Below, piece by piece: positions 56,997-64,000 of a stretch of 64,000 bases of DNA; position 1 is the first letter of the stretch, and the number at the start of each line of letters is the position of its first letter. Position numbers and translations under genes: made by a program. The notes under the pieces were generated by a model. The model saw only the letters and a list, made by a program, of their open reading frames with translations, was not told the origin of the DNA and did not search any database. This DNA is from an uncultured bacterium (GTDB taxonomy: Bacteria > Myxococcota_A > Bradymonadia > Bradymonadales > Bradymonadaceae), in contig CALJNB010000017.1 in the NCBI GenBank assembly GCA_937981985.1, positions 21,534 to 85,533 on the forward strand. The letters run 5' to 3'.

Positions 56997-57728
56997 CTAG
57001 TATTTCGCGCCGGCTTGAATCCACGCTTTGATTTTATCTGTAACCGAAGAATCCAATAATCCACTCGGTGGCATCGGGTTCATTGCGTCCGACATTCTTA
57101 TATAAAGCCGACTTGCTGCTGGATTGTTCTCGGTAACAAAAGCAACGTCCTTGAGATTGTTTCCTTGCAGTTCGGCTGCAACCATTGCATTTGTATCCGT
57201 TTTTGAAATTTGTAATCCCCCGGCATCGTTTTGATGACATGAACTATTTTCGTCGGTACAACCCCTACGTAGTATGTCGGCCACTTCAGAAAACTCCGGA
57301 GTCGGTTCGGTGGTACCGGAATTCGTTCCGGTGGTCGATTTTACTTCACTCGTATCGCAAGGTGAACCCTCGTCGATCCAGCGCTGTACTAAAGCGATAT
57401 CATCAGGTGTCGCTTGAGCTGAATAGGTAGCGGGCGGCATATTACCCTGATCAATCATTCGGTTTTTCGTTTTGTCCGATATAGCTTGTGCACCTTGTGT
57501 TGCTTTACCGCCAAGATCTTCATCCTTACAAACATCGTAACGAATAGGAAAAAATTCGCCGCCCTTCGAAGGGGTCGCGCCATGACATTCGTTACATAAA
57601 CGATCAAAGATCGGTTTTATTTCTTTCTCGAAAGTGGGCACATCCTTGATCACCTCGGCTCCCTCGCTACCAAATCCTGGACATGCAGATCCAAGAATTA
57701 AAAACGTGAAGAGCAAAAATTTATTCAT
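56997..57728 (-). CDS. Lipoprotein c-type cytochrome with two PSCyt1-like (planctomycete-type cytochrome c) domains
   Basis: Lipobox FLILGSAC.
- Domain 1: FEKEIKPIFDRLCNECHG (CxxCH at nt 57582-57596) ...GNMPP...LVQRWIDEG.
- Domain 2: FSEVADILRRGCTDENSSCHQ (C-X6-CH) ...NPMPP...IKAWIQAGA. Confidence 0.72.
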   Translation of the reverse strand: MNKFLLFTFLILGSACPGFGSEGAEVIKDVPTFEKEIKPIFDRLCNECHGATPSKGGEFFPIRYDVCKDEDLGGKATQGAQAISDKTKNRMIDQGNMPPATYSAQATPDDIALVQRWIDEGSPCDTSEVKSTTGTNSGTTEPTPEFSEVADILRRGCTDENSSCHQNDAGGLQISKTDTNAMVAAELQGNNLKDVAFVTENNPAASRLYIRMSDAMNPMPPSGLLDSSVTDKIKAWIQAGAKY

Positions 57729-57840
57729 TGATGTTCCAAAAAATGAGGTTTGGCAATTCTAACAAAGATCGAAACTCCATCAAGATTAACGTCAGAAAAG
57801 ATAGGATAAGACGTCTTAGTACATGTTCTCGAACAGTACG

Positions 57841-58458
57841 CTAGGTAGCCTTTAGGATAAAATTGCCGGAAAATAGCGATCGGGTCACTTTTGCAAAACC
57901 ATGAATATCGAAGGTTTCTTGGGAAGTTTTTCTAAGATCGAGACCAAATATCATCGTAATCATTACTTCCGCTATCATTTTGGAATCTAGGCTTTGGTCG
58001 ATTTCGTTTCGTTCTTGCGCGCGTTTAATAGGAATGGTCAGCGCTTTAACATACCTATCGAACAAGCTGAGCATATTCTTGCGAACTTCTTCTTTGATTA
58101 CCACCATGGACCACATTTGCGCGTTTACCCTAGATTTCTCATCGAAATTTGAGTTTCCAAAACCCCCAACATAACTTTCGATAATTTTTGCTAGAAGTTC
58201 GCCAATATCTGTATCCACGTCGCGAATCTTTTGTTCTAAATGGTTAATGTAGTCTTCGGTTCGTTGGGCACATAGTGCATTAACTATCGCCTCCTTATTT
58301 TCGAAATATGAGTATACGGCGCCGGAACTCAGCCCCGACTCTTCGAAAATATCACGCATCGTGGTTTCCAAAAAACCCTTTTTCGCAAAACACCGAAACG
58401 AAGATGAAATAATTTCATCACGACGTTGTTGTTTTTTTTCGTCTGTAATTTTCGGCAT
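57841..58458 (-). CDS. TetR/AcrR-family transcriptional regulator
   Basis: HTH region IISSSFRCFAKKGFLETTMRDIFEESGLSSGAVYSYFENKEAIV. Confidence 0.9.
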   Translation of the reverse strand: MPKITDEKKQQRRDEIISSSFRCFAKKGFLETTMRDIFEESGLSSGAVYSYFENKEAIVNALCAQRTEDYINHLEQKIRDVDTDIGELLAKIIESYVGGFGNSNFDEKSRVNAQMWSMVVIKEEVRKNMLSLFDRYVKALTIPIKRAQERNEIDQSLDSKMIAEVMITMIFGLDLRKTSQETFDIHGFAKVTRSLFSGNFILKAT

Positions 58459-58703
58459 CGTTCACATCTGGATTTCTGGACTGCCGATGCTAAAGAACAA
58501 CGGTCTTGGTTACAACTTGTATCATCACTAAAAACTACGTTCGATAATCCAAAAGGGTCCACCGAGTGAGTCAACCCCACTGACCGACCCTTAATTAGCG
58601 AATCGGTTTGCAAGTATGGCCGTACCATTTCATCACTTCACTGGATGTGTTGTTCTTCCACAACGTTAACTTTTCGGTCGGGCGACTCCCCTATTTACAG
58701 GTC

Positions 58704-61700
58704 TTAGAAGAGAGAAAGTCCCAATTCGGCGCGAACTTTAATATAGTTCTCGGACATCCCGAACTCGAAAATATCGTTATTTTTTTGAGCTGGTGTGGTG
58801 GTCACAAAAGCGTTTTGAGATTCTCGGATTCCCAGAACCGCTGTTTCTACATCTCCACACACCAGCATCGCGAAGCGAGTGCTTGACAGATCTGCCTCAT
58901 TCACCCAACGCCCGAGATCGGGAGGCGGTAATTTTTCCAAAACAAGGGCCATCGAACGTAATTGCATTTTTAGAGGTTTTGGAAGTTTTTTCAAACATTT
59001 AAAAACGGCAGCACCATTTTTACCTGTTGAAGATTTTCGGTCCAAACCAAACTCTAAGGCACTTAGAAAAAACAGGTTCAAATGTTCTACGGAAAAATTT
59101 GCGTGCGCTAAATAAAGTTCGGGTCTCAATCCCGCTAATATTTTCGCTGTTTTGAATGCCGTTGCGCGAGAGTCTATCGGTTCTAGAATTTCAGACCCCA
59201 CGAGCACCGACGGTGGATCGCAAAACATATTCCTTAAACCTACCCTATGATCGGAACGTAAATAGAGTTTTGTCAGCGGTTGCGGTCCAACCAAATTTGA
59301 TACGTACGCAAACATTTTAGAAAAGCGATGTTTGGGATTCTGCAAATTGACATCGTCTTTTTCGCTTACCCCCCAATCCTTGACCACTTTTCCGTAAGGC
59401 CCGCGAATAGCATAAGAAACAATGGCCATAAACGAGCTCACGCTTCGATCCAAATTCTCATGATACATCAGCTCTAAAAGTTCAGGGAAAAAGGTCTTAC
59501 TAGCTACCCGAATATTTGAACCCAAATATCGATTATAAAAATCGATGCCTTCTTGATAAGGAGAATTTTTGGCGTTCAAAACCGACGCAACACAGAAGGC
59601 CGCATCGTATTGTTCTATCGTTAAATAGGCCGTGAATAGCGACTCTATTGTCGTAACATTACGGGGGTTTTGGAGGTAAACGTCTCGAATTTTTTGAATA
59701 TCATCGCTAGCGCCCGAATTACCATAGAGTTGTGCTAAAATGGACCTCAACTCTTCATCGGAAGGCCGAATTTTGAGAGCAGTTTCAAACGCTGAAACGG
59801 CGTTAGGTATATCGTTAAGGCGGGTCCGATAGACCTCGCCCAAATTCTTGAACAGCAAAAATGTTAAATCTTCTTGGCCCGACTCTGTCGTTAATCGAGC
59901 CAACATTTTTCTATAGGCTCTTTCTAGTTCTAGCCAAAGGCGCCGCTCGGTAAAAATGCGATCAATACCTTCAAAGGCTTTTAAGAAACTTGGAGATGCG
60001 TCGAGTGAGAGATTAAAGAAGTGAACCGCGCCTTCCATATTTGCCAATTCATCACGATACAAAATCGCGATCGTGTATAGATACTTACTTTTCTTTTCGG
60101 AGTTTTCTTCGAGATCCACAAGTTTTTCGAGGACTCGAATCAAAGGATTCCATTTCTTCAAGTCCTGTAAAATCGTCAATTGTTTGCGCAGAACACTGAC
60201 GCTATCAGGCCGAATCTCGAGCACTTTATTGAACGCGGCCATCGCGAGGTCTGGCCGATTTGCGGTCAACCAAAGATCGCCCAATTCCATTTGGTTTTTT
60301 TCTTTTTCGTTCTGATCTGAAGAGAATTCACAGATGTTCTCGCGCGATTCAATTTGAATACCAAGCTCAGCTTTTTCATCGCTGAGATCTTTATAAAGTC
60401 GCCAAGCTACGATGTTCTTCGCGTCCAAGGATACAGACTCCTGAATCCACTCCCACGCCAGTCCCTTTTCCCCCTGATGTTGAGCAGAGTCAGCAGCAAC
60501 TGAGAAGAGTTGCGCTATTTGCGATTGCGCAAGTTGGGCTTTGTTTTCCACAACCCTTTTTAGAACCCGAAATGCGTTTTCTTTCATATCCGCTTCGCAA
60601 AGAGAAACCCCATAACAAAAAGCCATTTCAAAATCGGACGGATCGATCTCATAAATACGCCGATATAAATCATGGCGCCTGTGCATCGAACTCATCGACG
60701 GTTCGTTTTTCTTTAATTTAATATAATCAAGAAGACGTTCCTTCAGGACTTCAGCCGTCAACACGTTTGGTTCTTTATCGGTTTGAGATATGAGACGCCC
60801 ATATCTATCGATCAAGTCCAACGACGAACTTGAAGCCCCGAAGTTGGCAATCAAATTGTTAAGCGCAGGAATGTAATTCGGATCTTTATCAAGAGCGTTC
60901 TCCCAATCGCTTTTCGCGGCGTCTTTATCATTTTGGTCCAGACTCAACTGCGCACGCTTGGAAAAATACGATGCTGCAATGCTTCCTTTGTTTGCGACAG
61001 CCGCGGACGCACAAACCCCCTTTAGTTCGTCTCGAAGTTCTTTTTGGTGTGCAAAATCAACCGCGTTTTCAAGTTGATGTTCCAAGTCGATAACCGCAAC
61101 ATCCCACTCGCCGCTCTGACGATAAATCTGATTTAGCATTTTGGGTATTTCGGGATCGTGTGGGAATGCTTTCGCGGCAAGCCTGAATAAGGTTTGTGCA
61201 TCGTCGGAGAGATTTGCACGAAAGGCGATCATTGCCAAAGGTTTGAAAAAGGGGGTGGCTATATCTGGCGGTGCCTTGAAGAGCTCTTTTGAAAAAAGAC
61301 CAACAAAATCATCAACCTTGCCAGCTTTTGTTGAAAGCTCTTCCAAGCCATCGAATAACGATTCTAAGGTTTCGATTCGCAAAGCCGAAGACAATACGAG
61401 ATAGGCGTTTTCGAATTCGTTTAATTCTTGGAATACATCAGCTGCTTGCTTCTTATAGCCCAAAAATTCTTCTGTTTTTTCGACATTTAGTTCGGCTAGA
61501 TCTAAGTAGATTGAAGCAAGTCTCTTGAGTGATTCGGTATCACCTTTAAATCTCAGAATCGTCTCAAGACGAAGAAATGCGGGTTCATAACTTGGGTGTT
61601 TTTCAAAAATTTGATTGCAATAGGGTTCGATGATGTCGTCGCTTTTCGCCTCTTCGGTCAACTCCTCCCAGCTTCGAAAAGCGAGGTCTGGGTCATTGAG

Positions 61701-61853
61701 TTCGTCGAGATAGATCGAACCTAATTCCTCCAATATTTCATGACGCTGAGAACCCGCCGTTGTTTTTTTCTCTTCTTCAAGACACTCTATGAGGTCTGCC
61801 CAACGGCCTTCAATCCTCAATTCGTTGCTACGTTCTTTGAAATCCATTTCCAT
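58704..61853 (-). CDS. Very large TPR-repeat protein (1049 aa)
   Basis: More than 15 TPR-like hairpins in the N-terminal ~750 aa (e.g. ALDKDPNYIPALNNL, VLEIRPDSVSVL, ALKIRPSDEELRSIL). The C-terminal ~300 aa is non-repetitive. Confidence 0.75.
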   Translation of the reverse strand: MEMDFKERSNELRIEGRWADLIECLEEEKKTTAGSQRHEILEELGSIYLDELNDPDLAFRSWEELTEEAKSDDIIEPYCNQIFEKHPSYEPAFLRLETILRFKGDTESLKRLASIYLDLAELNVEKTEEFLGYKKQAADVFQELNEFENAYLVLSSALRIETLESLFDGLEELSTKAGKVDDFVGLFSKELFKAPPDIATPFFKPLAMIAFRANLSDDAQTLFRLAAKAFPHDPEIPKMLNQIYRQSGEWDVAVIDLEHQLENAVDFAHQKELRDELKGVCASAAVANKGSIAASYFSKRAQLSLDQNDKDAAKSDWENALDKDPNYIPALNNLIANFGASSSSLDLIDRYGRLISQTDKEPNVLTAEVLKERLLDYIKLKKNEPSMSSMHRRHDLYRRIYEIDPSDFEMAFCYGVSLCEADMKENAFRVLKRVVENKAQLAQSQIAQLFSVAADSAQHQGEKGLAWEWIQESVSLDAKNIVAWRLYKDLSDEKAELGIQIESRENICEFSSDQNEKEKNQMELGDLWLTANRPDLAMAAFNKVLEIRPDSVSVLRKQLTILQDLKKWNPLIRVLEKLVDLEENSEKKSKYLYTIAILYRDELANMEGAVHFFNLSLDASPSFLKAFEGIDRIFTERRLWLELERAYRKMLARLTTESGQEDLTFLLFKNLGEVYRTRLNDIPNAVSAFETALKIRPSDEELRSILAQLYGNSGASDDIQKIRDVYLQNPRNVTTIESLFTAYLTIEQYDAAFCVASVLNAKNSPYQEGIDFYNRYLGSNIRVASKTFFPELLELMYHENLDRSVSSFMAIVSYAIRGPYGKVVKDWGVSEKDDVNLQNPKHRFSKMFAYVSNLVGPQPLTKLYLRSDHRVGLRNMFCDPPSVLVGSEILEPIDSRATAFKTAKILAGLRPELYLAHANFSVEHLNLFFLSALEFGLDRKSSTGKNGAAVFKCLKKLPKPLKMQLRSMALVLEKLPPPDLGRWVNEADLSSTRFAMLVCGDVETAVLGIRESQNAFVTTTPAQKNNDIFEFGMSENYIKVRAELGLSLF

Positions 61854-61884
61854 GGGATAAACTCTTAATCTATTAATAGTATGT

Positions 61885-62754
61885 TTATTTACTTTCTTTA
61901 TGTTTTCGGATCAACCCTTCCTGTGCTGTTGAGGCTACCAGCCTTCCGTCACGAGAGAACACCCTACCGCGAACTAAACCACGCGCGCCCGATGCCGAAG
62001 GGCTATCAATCACATGCAAAAGAAATTCGTCGACTTTAAAAGGACGATGAAACCACATCGCGTGGTCCAAGGTAGCCACTTGCATCGAGGGAGAAATCCA
62101 AGTTTCACCGTGCGGTAAAAGCGATGTTGTTAAGAAGCTATAATCGGATATATAGGCCAGCATATATTGATGAAATGCGAGATTGTCCGGGAGTTTACCG
62201 GCCGCTTTAAACCAATACATGCGTTGTGAGGGTTTTGGACTTAAATCACCAAATGGCGTTGGTTCACAATCACGTACCTCAAAAGGCCGCGCACCCACAG
62301 CTAACCCCGAAAGATAATCCGGTAATTTGGAAGCGAATTCTAGAACTCGTGCTTGGTCAGTTTGCAAAGTCTCTGGTTCAGGTGCTTTTGGCATCTGATC
62401 TGCGTGTTCAAATCCTTGTTCTTCAATCTGAAAAGAAGCTGACATATTGAAGATCGCCTTACCTTTCTGAATGGCAACAACTCGCCGCGTCGCAAACGAA
62501 CGACCATCCCGAATTCGATCTACTTCATAAATCACAGGAAGATTTACGTCACCGGAACGAAGAAAATAGGAATGCAAGGAGTGCGGTTTTCGGTCTTCTG
62601 GGACCGTCTGAACCGCTGCCGATAGGGCTTGCCCCAAAACTTGACCGCCAAATACGCGTCCCCAACCCAGATCCTGACTTTCACCACGGAAGAGGTTTTC
62701 TTCGATCTTCTCGAGCGCTAATAGATTAACAAGTTGCTTTAAAACGTCGCTCAT
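61885..62754 (-). CDS. tesB: Acyl-CoA thioesterase II
   Basis: LVNLLALEKIEENLFRGESQDLGWGRVFGGQVLGQALSAA is the canonical TesB N-terminus. Double hot-dog length (289 aa). Confidence 0.93.
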   Translation of the reverse strand: MSDVLKQLVNLLALEKIEENLFRGESQDLGWGRVFGGQVLGQALSAAVQTVPEDRKPHSLHSYFLRSGDVNLPVIYEVDRIRDGRSFATRRVVAIQKGKAIFNMSASFQIEEQGFEHADQMPKAPEPETLQTDQARVLEFASKLPDYLSGLAVGARPFEVRDCEPTPFGDLSPKPSQRMYWFKAAGKLPDNLAFHQYMLAYISDYSFLTTSLLPHGETWISPSMQVATLDHAMWFHRPFKVDEFLLHVIDSPSASGARGLVRGRVFSRDGRLVASTAQEGLIRKHKESK

Positions 62755-63191
62755 AACGTGAGCGCTTCCGGCTTTCTAGACACCACAGAAGAACCCAACG
62801 AACCTTCGCCACAAATACGACGTAGACCGAAGAACGCCCGATAACTTCCAATATCACGTAGAAGATCAGAAGCGCCGATCGTGATTATAAAGTACCGCTT
62901 TCCTTTCACCAAAAAACTTTTCGTCGAAATCTGATTCGATTGAATTCTTTTGATTTCATTTAGCTTCGCAAAAAGTAGTCTACAATTATCGCCATCAGCA
63001 AGACGATGCACATCAGTCGCCAATGCGTAATATAGATCCATATCGTCGCTATCAGAGGCACTTACTAATTTCGCGCTATCATCCACCAAAATTGCAACCA
63101 CACCAAAATCGGATTTTAATTGTTTGAGTTGATAATGAATTGCCAAGTCAGGTGCTTGACTACGATTTGAACGTTGTTCTTCTTGAAACAT
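62751..63191 (-). CDS. Hypothetical protein
   Basis: 146-aa ORF whose stop overlaps the tesB start (ATGA). No confident motif; the GVVAILVDDSAKLVSAS stretch is faintly Roadblock-like. Confidence 0.4.
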   Translation of the reverse strand: MFQEEQRSNRSQAPDLAIHYQLKQLKSDFGVVAILVDDSAKLVSASDSDDMDLYYALATDVHRLADGDNCRLLFAKLNEIKRIQSNQISTKSFLVKGKRYFIITIGASDLLRDIGSYRAFFGLRRICGEGSLGSSVVSRKPEALTL

Positions 63192-63464
63192 GTTTCGCGT
63201 CCTTGCGATGTTTATTGATATCTAGAAAATTACTGCGAATAGAGACGAACGCAAATTTTTATATTCGAGCCAAGTATCAGAACTCCCGCGATTTTCTTTT
63301 CGTCGATCCGGTAATTATCTTCGCAATAAAACTAGAAATGACTCGAGTAACAATTCCCCTATGAAAGCCACCCGATAACTCAATTCACTAAGAAACATCG
63401 ACCTCACAAAATCGAAGGGACTGGCGTCCATCCCGAGGTAAAGATTGACAGTCGGTCGACAAAC

Positions 63465-63482
63465 GCCTACCGTTCGGTAGGC
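63465..63482. promoter_or_regulatory. Perfect palindrome GCCTACCG-TT-CGGTAGGC, candidate TetR operator
   Basis: 18-bp element about 30 nt upstream of the TTG start (63513) of the terminal TetR gene, in the divergent intergenic region. Confidence 0.35.
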
Positions 63483-63512
63483 AGATATCAACCTTTTGGT
63501 AGAGCGTGTTCT

Positions 63513-64000
63513 TTGCAGAATATTTCCGAAAAAATATTAGATGTTGCGACCAAAGGTTTTGCGCTAGCAGGTTATGACGGCACGAGTTTAAGCGCGATCG
63601 CAAAAGAAGTGGGTATCAAAAAACCTTCGTTGCTTTATCACTATCCTTCTAAAGAACAACTACGCAGTGCTGTTTTGAATCGTGTTTTCGAACATTGGAA
63701 TGACGAACTTCCTCGTATTCTTAAATTAGCGACCTCCGGTGAGGATCGCTTTAACGGGTTGCTGAACGAAATTGTACGCTTTTTCGTCACCGACCCTAAC
63801 CGGGCCAGACTCGTGATGCGAGAAATGTTGGATCGGCCCGATCATCTCAGCGCAAGCATGGAAGATTATTTAGGACCCTATATTACAATTTTGTCAGACT
63901 ACATTCAAAAAGGCGTGGAACGAGGCGAAGTAAGGAAAGATGTACAACCTCGCGCCTATGTCCTTCATGTCATCCAAATGGTCGTCGGTGGGGTTGCAAC
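63513..64000 (+). CDS. TetR/AcrR-family transcriptional regulator (3' end beyond the window)
   Basis: Not in the ORF track because there is no stop inside the window. My manual translation from TTG 63513 gives MQNISEKILDVATKGFALAGYDGTSLSAIAKEVGIKKPSLLYHYPSKEQL..., a classic TetR HTH. No in-frame ATG lies upstream. Confidence 0.75.
   Translation, partial: MQNISEKILDVATKGFALAGYDGTSLSAIAKEVGIKKPSLLYHYPSKEQLRSAVLNRVFEHWNDELPRILKLATSGEDRFNGLLNEIVRFFVTDPNRARLVMREMLDRPDHLSASMEDYLGPYITILSDYIQKGVERGEVRKDVQPRAYVLHVIQMVVGGVA

Overview
This is a densely coded 64-kb chromosomal segment with about 53 CDS on both strands and short intergenic gaps. I saw no rRNA, tRNA, CRISPR array, transposase, integrase or phage genes. 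GC looks mid-40s % by eye (not computed).

Housekeeping anchors are pyrG, tatA, ppa, a larE-like gene, glmS, gpsA, thiD and tesB, plus an M1 aminopeptidase, oligopeptidase B, a TonB-dependent receptor and PPK2.

Between these lie many secreted or lipoprotein genes with traits typical of Myxococcota/Bdellovibrionota-grade bacteria:
- myxo-type Cys-rich repeats fused to an RCC1 propeller
- a MYXO-CTERM-like C-terminal sorting tail
- a PilZ protein with canonical RxxxR/NxSxxG motifs
- TPR giants and beta-propeller/beta-helix surface proteins

The taxonomic placement is an inference only.

I did not find a clear-cut defence island or mobile element. The candidates I consider most worth follow-up are:
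1. A TetR-headed operon encoding a lipoprotein c-type cytochrome plus an outer-membrane-type beta-barrel that itself carries two CxxCH motifs.
2. A lipoyl/biotinyl-domain + E3-binding-domain + NeuD-type hexapeptide acyltransferase fusion.
3. A tandem pair of uncharacterised 560-580-aa lipoprotein paralogs with a Cys...His signature, next to a TetR gene.
4. A translationally coupled trio of cysteine-rich proteins.
5. A coupled HutF-like deaminase / alpha-beta hydrolase / ThiD-like kinase operon, divergent from an M20 amidohydrolase.
6. A stand-alone GyrA-C-terminal-domain-like protein.

All functional calls come from motifs read in the supplied translations. No database search was run.
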